Assembly: GCA_907165135.1 (NCBI GenBank)
Contig: OU015567.1
Span: 5,394,001 to 5,458,000, forward strand
Length of the DNA stretch: 64,000 nt
Source of the DNA: Oikopleura dioica
Taxonomy: Eukaryota > Animalia > Chordata
Reading direction: 5' to 3'
Below are positions 33,842 through 47,092 of this stretch, one piece after another. Each line of letters begins with the position of its first letter. Within the stretch, counting starts at the first letter, position 1. The notes under the pieces were generated by a model that ran no database searches, was not told where the DNA came from, and saw only the letters and a program-made list of their open reading frames with translations. Made by a program: the position numbers and the translations under genes.

Positions 33842-35140
33842 TTATTTTGGATATTTTCCCTTGAAAACTCGTGCCTTTGCATTTCGGCTGCTTCTTCGAG
33901 TTGGTCGAACTGGAAGAGGAGTGCTCTCTGATATGGGGGCGGGCGGCGGAAGCTGCTGAGCCACTTGGTCTAAGAAGATTATTTAAGATAACTTTTATTG
34001 TTTTTTTTTTCATTACCTTGAAGAATCTGCTGCATCATTTCGGGAGTTGGGTGCGAGACAGAGTGCTCATCGACCTGTAGAGCTGGTTCTTGATTATCCG
34101 GTTAAAATCACATAAAAATCCCTTATTATCAAACCTTCATTTGGCTGCGGAGTTGCGACAGATGGCTGCGCGGGCGCTTGGATATCTTCGGCTTCTTCTT
34201 TTGATTCTAAAAAATATAAAAAATCGAAGAAAGAAAAAAACGAGTCATTATTTTCTACCTTGTAAAGAAAGCTCGTTCATATTGACGACAATATCTTCGA
34301 CCGGATCAAGCTCATCTTCGGTTATTTCCGGGAGTGGAGTGATTGATGCGAGCTCATGCTCCTCGGCGAAGCTTTGCTAAAAGTAATTTTTTGAGTATAA
34401 ATTCATTATCGAAATTTTGTGACCTGGAAGCTGTAGAAGCGCTCGGCGTCATTGGTTACTTCCTCATCTTGGCGATTTGTCAAAGGGAGTGGGTTTTCTG
34501 ATGGTTAAATAGAAAAAAAAGGACGCTAAGTAAATCACCTGTTTTTATTTGCTGCGGCTCCTCCTGAAGCTCGCCAATTCTTTCTCGTGCTCGATTAAAA
34601 ATCTAGCGTTAAAAATAAATAAAAAGACGCGTAATTAAATATCTCTTACCGCAAGCGGGGATTGCTGTTGGTGGGCCCAACGGTAGAGGTAGCAGAGGAA
34701 GATCGATGCTGTGATAGCACCCGCTGCAAACGCCGCTCCAAGCCCGAATGTCTTAGTCAGTGACGTTTGATTCTGGATGATCATCTCGCCGTTCTCAGGG
34801 ATGGCAACAGATTCGTTTGGTGGTACCACGACGGTTTCGTCTGTCGGTCCCACGACGGTTTCGTCTATAGTTTAATTTGATAAAATTCGAATCTTGTCTT
34901 AAGCCTACCTTCATGATCAAGGACTGGGTAGAGCCTTGTCGGAGGGTCCTGCGTAATGACTTCCTCCAATAAACCGTCGCCTGCTCCTTCAAAGTCAGAG
35001 TCCATTGGAGAGGTCTCAGGCTCGAAGGGAGCCGCCGCGACAGGCGGCTCGGGCTTAGGCGCGCTGAAGAAATTTGTTAATTATTAAGAAAATTATTATT
35101 TATTATATCTCTTTACTTACAACTTTCGCTTCCAGGACAT
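33842..35140 (-). CDS. 9-exon single-pass membrane protein, 305 aa, acidic/Pro-rich, unknown function
   Basis: Eight GT-AG introns (35064-35120, 34865-34908, 34603-34649, 34498-34538, 34377-34423, 34207-34258, 34089-34134, 33970-34016) give a 918-nt open frame from MSWKRKF to VFKGKYPK*. TM segment FGLGAAFAAGAITASIFLCYLY. Confidence 0.85.
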
Positions 35141-35289
35141 TTTCTGACAAAAATGTTATTTGAATTGTTTATTTTTAACGGTCGTGATTTTCAATAAATG
35201 AAAATTCGAAAGAATTTTTCTTCTCTCTTGCGCCACTAACTGATATAAAAAGAATTTTCACAGGACACTCATCGCACGAGAGAAAGAGA

Positions 35290-37305
35290 ATGTCGCATCG
35301 GCACATTTTTCTAAGCGATTCAGACTTGAAGTTTCGCCTTCAAAAGTCCTATCACAAATTATCAATTCTACTTGCCAAAATTGGCGAGTTCGAGCTCGCT
35401 GATAACATCAAAGAGGACGACATATCCCCGTAAGTCGAAATCAAACAACGCGTCGAAATTTGATAAGCAATTTCTTGATGATTCTTTTAGCTATATGCAA
35501 TTAAAGCAATTTAGCTGGTTAATTTCGTAAATAAGGATTTTAACTAAGTTGTTTTACAGTCAACAACTGATTATATTTTTAGGTACTGGTTGTTATCAGT
35601 TTACCTCACTAACATCGACAAAAGTATCATTATATTGCAGATAAAAGTCCGCGATTTCAATAAACGTCCAGACTGGCTTCTCGACGAAATAAAATCGTCC
35701 TCTTTCATTTTTGGCGAGTCCCTTCGATATGTAAAATGCAAGCAAGACAACCTTCGCATTCATATTCTTGATACGACTAACGAGTCGTCCATATTTTTTT
35801 TGAAAACAAGTCGATTCGAGACGCTGCTTAATAGTGAAGAAATTTACAAGTACGCCATAATTGATGGTTCTATGTGCAACGCCCAAATTCATCAATTCAA
35901 TATCAAAGACCTGTGGGTCTCACCAATGTCTGGCGATATAAATGCTGCACATCAGACAAAACTACAAATCGATCAAGGTGATTTCAAAGATCTTCTCCGC
36001 GTCATGTAAGTTTAAGATTTGAAACTTTGAGTAGACGCTTATTCTTTTTCTAGTGAGAGTAATACTTCGGAAACAAGAATTACTGGCATGCTGACAAACA
36101 AAGCCCTGGAAGCATCGTTTCGCGTGAAACAAATAAGAAGCGATTCGGAACATCCGGGCTACACAAAGAAGAATCGAGACAGTTGGTTTGGAGCAACCTC
36201 AATCTACTCAAATGCATCAGTCTTCAAATTGAGACAGGATCGCCACTACAAAGCGACAACGTCATACAGACTCAATCAAATCTTCGATAGCCGAAAAGAG
36301 ATGCAGCGTAAGGAATCGGAGGAAAAAATGAATATCCTGAAGAAAATTTACGAGGACTTCAACCTATCCAAAGACACGAACAAACCGAGCAATTCCTCCT
36401 GTGAAGACAACAAAAAAGCTCAATCTGACGCGACAGAAGAACTGACGGGAGAAAAAAAATGCAGCGAAATCTCGACGACCAGATGCGGAGAATCTAGTCA
36501 CGATTCAGACGAAACTATGATCAGCGATATCCCTTCGGACTCCGGCGACTGCTCTGATGAACATGAAGATCGGATCAATTCTGCTGAAGAGCCATTAGAA
36601 GAATTTTGCGACATTTGCCATCATTATGGATGTATTGAAGGCTGCGATAACTACTTCAAAATCAACCCAGGCTTCCAACACACTGACTGCGAAGACGTCA
36701 GTGACACTGACACAAGCAGCGAGTCGAGCGATGAAGATATTTGCCCTGAAATCTGCTCGATCGAAACTTGCAAGGGAACTTGTGGGAAAATCAAAGATGA
36801 GCCATCGGATGAATCCGAAAAACCACCGCTGGCAAGACAACATGCAGTTAAAATTGAAACGACCAATTTCGTCAGGATTGAAATCCCAGACGCAGCTTTT
36901 GACGGAGAAGTAATTTTCTCAAGTGCTGACTTCGAAGCAGGTCGTGACAGCAGCGACGAGAGTTCTGTGTCTGTTCAAAGCGACTCTGACGATGGAAAAC
37001 AACGAATCGGGCCGAACAGTTACTTCATACGCAAGAATTTATTACCTTCAAAAATCAAGGAAGAAAACGACGATTTTTGTGGGGACAAAAATCACCTTTG
37101 CTTTGAGGAAAAGGAGTCTGGTAAGCATTTTAGACTTTTAAATTTGCATTTTCCTTCTATAGAGGATGAACCGACCGAAGCCGACAAAGAGTTCATTAAT
37201 GACGATTGCGTCAATGAATCCGATCTAGCTGTACAGAACTTGCTTGCCGCTGAAAGGGAAGAAAAAATCAAGAAGGACCTTGAAGATATTATCGGTAAAT
37301 TATAA
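35290..37305 (+). CDS. 3-exon Maverick gene, 604 aa, acidic Cys-cluster C-terminal half, unknown function
   Basis: GT-AG introns 35430-35582 and 36006-36053 join MSHRHIF, track ORF 35590 and track ORF 36088 in one frame (1815 nt). Confidence 0.75.
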
Positions 37306-37870
37306 AGAGAAAAAAAACCCATTCTGATATAATTTTAAAGCTGTTGCTCAGCGATTCAAAAGAGACTCATCAGCACCAACGGCAAAGGACATCACGAACG
37401 GCATCAAAAAACTGCGTAAACGTAAGTTTATCCTCTTTTCAGAAAGAATTTCTCACAATTAAATTTAAGGCAAATACAAAAGAATCGTCATCGAGGACTC
37501 AGATTCTGATAACGAGCCGATGCGACCAGCAGAGCGACATTTTACCGACCGTCGCGCACTGAAATCAGACGAAGACTCTCCTGCACCAAAAAGTAAAAAT
37601 AATCAAAAGATGTCATTTTAATATAAAGTCTCAGTGAAACGTAACCTGATGAGCGACTAATCTTCTCAACGAAATCCATGTATAAAGCGAAACGATCATC
37701 ACCGCCTAGAATGATGCCAACATATGAATCCTATAGCCTTTAAATCATCCTGTTTTTGCGATTATTCTACCTTATCAAACTGAGTCCCTAGAAACTTACT
37801 TTCCTCAAAAAGTAGAATAAATTTTTTCGAACATAAGACCAGGCTGTTGTATTTTCATATTTGATTTAGA

Positions 37871-38722
37871 ATGAATGGGATTTTCTTGAAGGCGGAAATG
37901 CGATTCATTGAAAAAAATTTTACAGGCCCAGAACTGAAAATAAAAGAATTTTTGAACGAAGAAGAGTACACAGCGATTGAGAAATTTGAGGGGAATTTCC
38001 GTCGTCTTACCAGAAGTGCTTCTTCATATTTAAGTAAGTTTTTTATTTCATTTTAAAATTGATTATTTCTTAAGGCCTCAACTATCGAAGATATTCCTCG
38101 AAAATGCCCGTTCCTTGGAACAAGACGGCCGTGTCAGAGACACTTGAGCTCACGAAACCATACACAAGCGACAGGGATTGTTATCTTACAACAAAGAGTA
38201 TATTAGAAAATATGGCCCTGCCTCTACGATTCAAACTAGGTTTTCCTTGAGAAATTCTTTGATATTATATTCATCAATTAAAATAATAGATTTCTGGTTT
38301 TTGTCTAGCTCAACAAAGAAAACGGAAGATGGCAGCACCATTCAGTACGAGATAGTTTACCCAAATCAAAGATCCGCAATCAACGACACAGTCTACATCG
38401 GTATTTATTTTCCAATGCTGCTTTCAACTTATTATTTTATTCAGCATCGAAAGCCGACGCAGAAGAACTTCTGGAAGAATGCTCCGACTCAACCATTTTC
38501 CAGAAACTGCTTGAGTCGCATCATCTAGATCTGATGGCATTCAAGTCTTCTGGTGTTTCAGTGTCAAGGCTTCTCGCAATGTCCATCACGATTACGAAAA
38601 CTCCCGCTGTTCCTGACTTCAAACAAAGCCGAGCGCCAACGAAGCAACTGGAGACCGCTTTTGAAGACTTCAATATTTCGGAAGAATCCGATAATTCCTC
38701 TATTGATGAGCTCATTTTTTGA
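37871..38722 (+). CDS. Probable multi-exon Maverick accessory gene, unknown function
   Basis: Coding-like blocks (MNGIFLKAEMRF..., KTEDGSTIQYEIVYP..., LDLMAFKSSG...DELIF*) are separated by ~40-bp GT-AG T-rich segments. The model is not fully resolved. Confidence 0.45.
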
Positions 38723-38929
38723 CATCTTCGCATACTTTTCAAAAAATAGATTAGATTTCGATAAATGTGAGAATATTTCTTCAAAGGTTGCATTCTTTTA
38801 ATGATTCATGATGCTTTCAAAATCGCATCGCATCAAAAAAACCTTATCAGGGGAAAGGGAAAATTTGGCAATAAAAGCAACGGTTCGAAAAAAAATTCAC
38901 TCACTTCACTTCGAAGCTCAAAAAAAAAC

Positions 38930-39376
38930 TTTTTTTACCCAACAATCCAGACAACTTCGACACTCTGCGAATGGATCGAGAAGCGCAAAAAAGACGTGTT
39001 CACGACGAGATGTCAAGAGACCCGAGCTACCTCTTGAATCTTTTAACAATCCTTTTTAAAGGATTGAAAGGCCAGAAAGAAGGTAAAAAATATTTTTTTT
39101 CAAAACTGCCCTTTAACAATTTATTTTTCGAGCTCTCAACATCATCCGAACCTGCGGTGAGACAGAGCGCTGTCGTCTGATCGATACTCATGCCGGTCCA
39201 GATATGTCGTCCTTCCATCTGGATGTCGTACGTGACATCCTCTACGGTAAGGAAATTTTTTATTCTTTTTCAAAATTATTTATAACGATTAAGCCATCGA
39301 TTGGCTCGTCGAGGGATTCTTCGAGGAAGGAATTGATGCTGAAATCAACAGACTCAATCGAAACCACGGCTAACTG
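38930..39376 (+). CDS. Probable last Maverick accessory gene, multi-exon, unknown function
   Basis: Blocks ...RVHDEMSRDPSYLLNLLTILFKGLKGQKE, LNIIRTCGETERCRLIDTH...DILY and IDWLVEGFFEEGIDAEINRLNRNHG* are separated by short GT-AG segments. The start is unclear. Confidence 0.35.
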
Positions 39377-40202
39377 ACAGAATAATCCAGCGATAATCCC
39401 TTTTGATCTGCTCTGAAAGAAATCACTTCTGAACAAGCCTTGACAAATAAAAGAAAATGAAATAGAAAAATACTAGTTGTTTTTTATGCTTTCCGCAAAA
39501 TAAGCAATCTCACTTATAAAAAACGAGATTTCAAAATTACTAGAAAATTTTCTTTATTTTTCTTATGAAAACTCTTAGATTTACACTAACCTTGTCTTTA
39601 CCAACATAAACTTGAAAACTCAGCAGGCAATGTGAAGAAAAAGGCGAAATAAGAGGGACTAGTCTGCCGAAAAGCGGGTGACAAAAACTAGCAGCTCACA
39701 AAAATGGCCTGACCAAGCGGGTGACAAGTCCGCTATGTTTGAACTCCCCAATCCTTTCGAGGCGCCCTCCTTTGGCTAGCGAGGAAGTTATATGCTCGAA
39801 TTTCAGAACTTGTCACACTCAAAAAATATCTTTTTTTTTCAAAATGACACAACAGTCCTAAAAAGTAGCGAATTTGATGCTTTGGCGATAAAAATGTTTA
39901 AAATGTTTCAAAATCTCTTGAATTCGATGGAAATGTCGTTCCTGTGACGTTTATAATAATTTCAATTTTCAAAAATGAATCAAAAGTAAAATCGTATTTC
40001 AGAAAAGCTTAAGATTCTGAATAATTATGTTGCACATTTACATTGATCTGTTATAAAAATAAAAATGAACCGAGAAAAAATGCGTTTTAGCCATGGAGAA
40101 AGTTTTTGAAGAGTGGAAGTTTGTCAGCAATATAAAGAATTGTGTCTCGGAAGTAAATCACGTCAAAAGTTTCGTCAGGAAATTCGACTAATAATTTTTT
40201 AA

Positions 40203-40512
40203 GGGGCTGTCCTCCATAAGGTCCTTGATCGTAAACTCTAAAAAGCGGAACAGTCGTAGCTTAGGGGCTAAATTTTATCCAGAAAAAGAATTAAGGGTAT
40301 ACCTCAATTAAAAACCCAAAAAAAAGCTAGCTCTTAGCAACCTGACCTTTATCGGCCTGTATATCCTTAAGCCGGCAATCGAGAGGTCGCAATAATGGGA
40401 CGGTTATAGTCAAGGGTTCGATCTAAAAGTTGAAATGGAAATTAAGGGTCTACCTTAGATAGTTTTGGAAAAAAACTTGCTTTAAAAAGCCTGATTCTTG
40501 ATGGGGGGATCC
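40203..40512. repeat. TTAA-bounded ~310-bp repeat inside the Maverick (same family as 5470-5740)
   Basis: ttaa|GGGGCTG...GGGATCC|ttaa. A second full copy lies at 41494-41815, with partial copies at about 40770-40850 and 41070-41240. Confidence 0.65.
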
Positions 40513-43500
40513 TTAACAAAAAATTCCGAGCAATGCATATTTTTCCTAAAAAATAAATGGGCAATTGTTGTTTTAATTCAGAGAATATCACCCGAACGAA
40601 AATTCGGTTCCAGCTATAAGTCTGTCGGTCTCCAGACCGAGGCCATTTTCCCATTTTTTATAGGCTTTTTCGACTTTGAAGGGGTCTCAATTTGCATTCG
40701 TCCCACAAAATCACTCAAAATTATGAAAATGAAAATTGAAAATTTGCCTAAGATTCGACATAAAATATTTAAGGGTGCTTTCCTCCTTAAGTTTATTGAC
40801 CAAAAACTGAAAAAGAGTACAGATAGAAGCTTTGAGTCTTAACTTTACGCTGTCGATAAAATAAAGGGACAAGCCCAATTATACCGATCAGATTTTGTAG
40901 CTTAGGCGGCCGCAAATCTGGGTCTGAAGCCCTCTCAGACCGAGAGAGCGAGGGCTGGCTCTCATTGGTTAAGCTAAAGGCCACGTCATCCTCACCGCCT
41001 AATTTTCCAGATCTGATCGGTTAACCCGAAAAATATCGTGCAACTTACTTTTAACGGTCCGTATACCCTTAAGTTTGATATCGAGAAATCATCATAAGAG
41101 AAACGCTTGTCGCAGACAATTTAACCTTACAGTAAAAATTGAAATTAAGGGTCTTGTTTAGATTATTCCTGAAAAAAACTTTCAGCGAAAGGCCCCTTTT
41201 TTCGCGATTCTTGATAGGGGGAGTTCTTTTAATTTTTGCAAAAATTGAGACCCTCAACAATGTCCTTGAATTCATCCGTCGTTTCCGGCCAATCAAATTC
41301 ATCAAAAGAATTTGCCGGAAGTGGCTCTCTCTCGTCCCAGCTTATAAACCCTTGTTTTGACTTTTCGAGAGTTAGCTCGTTTGGACAAATATAGGGTTAA
41401 TTTTTTTTTAATTCAATTAACTGTTTTAACCTCTTTTGTGGACATCATTTTTGTTGACATTCCACAAATATATTCCACTGATTAAATTTTGAAAGGCCTG
41501 TCCTCCTTAAGGTCGTTGACCAAAAACTCTCAAAAAGGGAACGGTCATAGCTTACGGCCTTAACTTTATTCTCAGAAATAATTTAGGATTTCACTCAACT
41601 TAAAACCCATAAAAGCTTGCTCCTAGCAACCTAACCTTTAACAGCCTGTATATCTTTAAGTCATTAATCGACAGGTCATCATAATGGGAACGGTTGTGGT
41701 CAAGGGTTGGCTCTGAAAGATGTTTTGAAAATTAAGGGTCTATCTCTGATAGTTTCGGAAAAAAACTTGCTCCAAAACGGCCTATTTTCACGATTCTTGA
41801 TAGGGGGGGGTCCTAAATCAAAAATATAATTTCAAAAAACTTAAGGGCGTCAAGGTTCTATCGTTGTATGAAATCTTCATTTCTTAATTTTAAATAGAAA
41901 AAATTAAGGGTATCTCCGTATTTACTATTTTATGGACATTTTTTACGAAAATTTGGGAAAAATAATGCCCACAAAAGAGGAAAATTGATAGATACGCAAA
42001 ATAAAAGAAACAACAATAATTAACCCTGCCAGAGTTTCGGCATTAATACAAACGGTTTTAAAAGAATATTTTTAAAATGTCGCATGCGTTGATTTTTTAT
42101 AACGAGCTTGTCTTCGTAAAACCGACGAGATCGTAGGGAAAAAGGCTCTGCAATCGCAGCGATATCTTTATATCGTTATAAATTATATCGTTATATACAC
42201 CGGAACGCATTTGAAAAAAATTGGCAGTGGATCAATGAATTACTTATTGGGAAAGCATTCAACAAGTAGAAAAAAAAAGAGCGATCGTTCTGGCGCGGCC
42301 AGAAACAGACATTGAAATTGCTGAGGAATAAATCAATAAAGATATTTTCGGAGTAGTCATTCGTGTGGTTTCCGATTGTAAGATAATTGAGCTCCATTTG
42401 GCGGCATGAAAATTCATCTGAATCATGAACAAAAAAGACTGGACGCGCTCAACTAATTTTACTATGTAAGAATAATCATTCTCTGCTCTTTAAGCGAGCG
42501 CGAGAATCAACACTAATCGTAAGATTTGAGTGGCAGACTTTCGATTTCGTGGATTTGATCAGCGTCGATTAATATACTTTTTACAAGTCTATGGCACCTT
42601 ATGTCCTTTTACATCCTCCCAAGCTTGCGATCCAGCGAAATCCTCCGAGAGCGATCCCCTCCAATTTTTACAAATTTCGCTTATTGAAGCATAGAGATTT
42701 AAACCCCTCAAAGATGGTTAGAATTCATTCGTAGGCGCAATATAAATAAAAAGGATTATTCTCGATCGACGGTCATTTTCGATCCCAGTCCAATAAGGTT
42801 CTTTTGGCCAAATTTTCATAATAACAGTGAGAGGACGTGAATTTTTTTGAATGAGAATATGTGAAGAGGGAGGAATTTTTCAATATTAGCTTATTTCTTT
42901 CTTTTCCAAAAAGAAAAAAAAAACGCTTACGCAGCTAATATTCCGCTTTATCTGCAATAAAACCCCCGCCGCACACTTTGACCCCTGCGTTGTTGATTTA
43001 TTCTATTTCTCCGCGAACTTATGCCTGTGCCAAAGCCCGAGTCCTAAATATTGCGCATTATCGCTCAAGCAATAAAACGGCAGCGGATGATTTCCGCCTC
43101 GAGTCCTAAAAAATCCCCGAAAAAAAAACGAAAAACCTGATCCCCTTGCGACTCATTGCAAAATCTGAAGCGCTCGATTTCCAGAGACGGGTTCTTAGAG
43201 AAAAGAACTCGATGCCTATCAATAGATCCTTTTGTGTTTAGCAGAAAAGAGAAAGAGAGAAACATAGATATATTCTCAAAAAAGTTCAAAACTATCCTTT
43301 CAGAACAAACGACCGGGACTGTGCTGGGGAAAGTTGCACCAAGAGTACTTCGCCGAGTCTGGCTTCAGCATCTTTTCAATATTCAGACTGGCAGTATCAA
43401 AGCTAAAATCAGATTTTTCGGACGCTGCGCTCGAGCATCGAAATCCTGAAATTCATAAAGCGTTTCTCGATTTTTGAGAATCAGATTCCGGCTTTGCATT

Positions 43501-43740
43501 TTTCTGTAGAAAGGTGAGTTTTATCGACGTCACTTTAATTCTGTCTATCTGATCAAAAGCTAACTTTGATACTTGAAGCCGTTTCAAATGTTTTTCTTCT
43601 ACGATACGTTTTGTGATGTTGCTGGAAACTTATGACCAAGTTCTGACTTGATGAAAACAACAAAAAAATACTTCTTAAAAATGATGATTCATGTTTTTTT
43701 CAATAATAAAAAAAAACACTTTTCTCAAACATAAAAAAAT

Positions 43741-46700
43741 CAAAAATACGTGATTTACACATTTTCCGTGAAAATGCTACTCGCGCCTAGTACGCTCTGA
43801 GCTCTCCACCACTGCAATTTTGAAAATTTTAACTAAACTTTTAAGGGCGTTAGAGTCGAGATACGGCGAATAATAATGAAGCAAAAAAATAGTTTTTTGG
43901 TAAGAGGAATCTGAATTCAAGGTCAAAATTCAAAAATTCGTAATTTTCAAATCTTGACGGGGGGTCCTTAAATTACAAACTTCTCAAAAAAAATCCCAAA
44001 AATTGCGTTCCGGTGAAATAACAATAATTTAAAACGATTCTTGAATTCTATCGATCTCCGTATGGTTCATTTCTGAGAACGATTTTACATCTTGAATCGA
44101 AAAATGCAGGCGTCTTTTATCTGCGTTGTCAAACCAAACGATAAGGAATAGTTTCCTTAGGGCGAGAGAATCAGAAGAAGAAGACGAAAGACTTTTTAAA
44201 GCATTGAAAAAAAAAGTAGGGCAATCGGAGCAATCTCATCTTATTATAATGCTGTCCTTAGCATCATAACGCTTTTAATTGCGTAGATTGGCCAATCGAC
44301 GGCCTCATGATCGCGCTGAATTTCAGCGATCGACCGTTTTTTTGAACTTGGAATGACATCTTTATCCGTCAATTGTATCTTTATAAAAAGAGACAGTTTT
44401 GGAAGAAGAGCAATTATAAGTGTTTTTGAAAAATAATTCAGACAAAAATAATGGAAAAATTGGTCAAGACTGAAAATGGAACGAATGGCACGAATGGCAC
44501 GAATTCACTGAAAATGGCACGAAAACAGAGACACATTTTTTTACGAATTAACCTTGAGGAATATTTTGAATGAAACTGGAAAATTAACGGATTTAGTTGA
44601 AACGATAGTTATTTAACACTTGTAAAGTTAATTAATCATGATCAAAAACATAAAAAAATAATTTGAAACTTTTGTAAAATTGACCGCAAGTTCAGGCCCA
44701 AAAAGATTCTTTTTAAGTGAAATTCCTCAATTTTGCCATTGTCGCTGATTAAAAATCGAAATAATACTGATTCAAGCATAAATGATCAATTTTTCATCGA
44801 ATATTCAAGTTATCAACGTCCGCTCCGCGGGTTTAATAGAAGGAAACTCAAGGGTTGAAAAACAATAACAAAAAATTTTCCAGAATTTTACTGAAAATAG
44901 CACGATGAAAAGACATGTTTTAATGTCATTCGTACCGTTCGTGCCATTTTCAGTACTGTCGGAAGAATTCCCCGAAAGATTCGAAGACAAAAAGGCTGTT
45001 TTTACTGTTAAAAATTTAAAAACACTTGCATAAATACGCATTTAAGCGTTGTTTTTCTGCATTTGGGTACCGGGCTTTCACGATGTCGAAAAACGAGATA
45101 GATTCATTGCAATTTTTGAAAATTGGAGAGAGAGAGAAAATCGCACAATAATAAAGAAATACTGAGTTCATCTTTTTGTTGTTCGGCGGATTCACGAAGG
45201 GGTTAAGTTTTTCTGTCGCTGTCTTCTTTTTATCAGCGAAATGATTCAAGAATTGGGAAGTAAGATGAAGCAAAACAACGGGCCACCATGGACTCGGCAA
45301 ATTATATTTTTTTTTAACGTCAGATATAAAATATGAACCCTTTTTATAGGAGTCCGCCGCAGAAAAAAATTTGAAAAAATCGCACTTCGCAACGCAGAAA
45401 AATCCGCGAAAAAAATCGCACTACGCACCACACCGCGCGAAATTTGCGAAAGAAAATTTGAAAAAAAACGCACTTTGCACCGCAGAAAAATCCGCTGAAA
45501 AAAATCGCACTTCGCACCACACCGCGCTCGAAAATATATACATTTGCCGAGTCCAAAAATGAATGAATTGGAATTCTCGGTCACCGACAATTGACAAGAC
45601 TTCTGCCCAAAATGCGCTTCCACTCTTTGACAAAATTGTTTGATTTCCGGCAAGAAGTCCTTTTGCGGTTATTGCTTAAAAAAATTGTCAGGTTGTTTAA
45701 AATTGACAATTAAAAAAAACAATTTTTGAAAAGTCGTGTGGACCGTGTTTTTTGTAGATTTTTCATTGTAGGCGCAGAGCCGCGAACAATTACATTTCGA
45801 ACTGTTTCAATAGCTAAAAGTGTGTTTAAAATACAAGTTATTCTTCACCTAGTTGCTAACCCAACAATGTTACTCTTTTCTAAAACAACAGGCGAACAAT
45901 GGTTAGATCTTAGATCGACTCAATAAGAATCAACTGGCGCATGGAAAATGGTAATCATAACTTCGCTGGGTCGGCCTGATCACTGGCGGCAATGATCAGC
46001 TGCTCCCGCGGACTTCCACACGCTGTGCGAAATATTCATATTTTCTTTAATTTGATTGAGCTTGACCTAAATTGGCTTGTTGAAAAATTACATTTTTTTG
46101 TGGTGGTGGAGAAGTCCGTGGACAAGAAATCAATGATTCCTTTTGGTCGGCTCTTCTAAATTATCAGAGATAAATCCACCTCCAATTTGAATCCATTTTA
46201 GGTCAAGATCAATCAAATAAAAGAAAATAAGAATATTGCGCACAAGTTAAGGTCACTTTCACAAGGAGTCACACATGGGAACGATCAGAGTTTTTGAAAA
46301 TGTTCCACTTTTGTGGATATTTTTCCAGCCGAGAAAATTTAAGGGGAAGAAAAAGGTGTTTCGATGACGAAATTTGCCATTTTTCGAAAAAAATTTATCG
46401 AAGAAAAAATTTTCAGGCCCTACGGCGGGACATTTTTTGAAGACTCTTTCCCACTTTTATGGACATTTTGATGAAAATTTGGGACAAAAAAAGTCCACAA
46501 AAGAAGAAAATAACTGTAGAAAAAATACCGAGTTGTTTTTGTGGTGCGCTGAGAAAATTGTAGTCCATTTGCCCTGATGATCGTTTGAGCAGGTTGATCA
46601 TCTTATCCTCACTCAATTCTTGTCCTTGCGAAGAAGATTGCGCATCCTGAATATTTAAATTTAATTTCTATAAATTATGGCTTTTTTAATTATGGCTTTC

Positions 46701-46850
46701 GGGTTTTCGCTACATTTTTTGTCGCCCTATCTCCACTTTAACACCCTTAAAACTAGAGCTTTAGTTTTGAAAATTGTAATGGTGGAGCGCTGAGAGCGTA
46801 CTAGGCGCGAGTAACATTTTCACGGAAAATGTGAAAATCACGCATTTTTG
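43741..46850. repeat. Pair of ~130-bp diverged inverted repeats (43741-43870 and about 46718-46850)
   Basis: cattttccgtgaaaatgctactcgcgcctagtacgctc versus gagcgtactaggcgcgagtaacattttcacggaaaatg. Confidence 0.75.
45361..45535. repeat. Imperfect minisatellite (aaaaatcgcacttcgca-type units)
   Basis: Repeated aaaaatcgcact(t/a)cgcac and gcagaaaaatccgc units. Confidence 0.7.
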
Positions 46851-46931
46851 GTAGTTTCATTCTTGAGAAAAATGTTTTACTTAATGAAAAAAACATTAAG
46901 GTATATTCTGTCATTATTTTTTGTTTCATTC

Positions 46932-47092
46932 AGACGTTATGATAGGCCCGGACAAACTTCATGGCCCAGGCCCCGCCTGTGGGTTTTGCAGACGTTTGAG
47001 TAACCCGGACCAACTTCATGGCCCAGGTCCGCCTGTAGTTACCAGACGTTAACGAAACTGAGCCCAGCGTGGCTTAGTTTCCGCCTGTAGAT
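46932..47092. repeat. Three ~55-bp tandem units (agacgtt...ccgcctgt)
   Basis: cccggac.aacttcatggcccagg...ccgcctgt occurs twice, plus a diverged third unit. Confidence 0.75.

Noticed and set aside
45246-45653. ORFs rich in RCGAIFF/VRFF repeats
   Set aside because: Translations of a minisatellite.
46932-47092. CRISPR-like array
   Set aside because: Only three diverged tandem units, with no unique spacers, no cas genes and a eukaryotic context.
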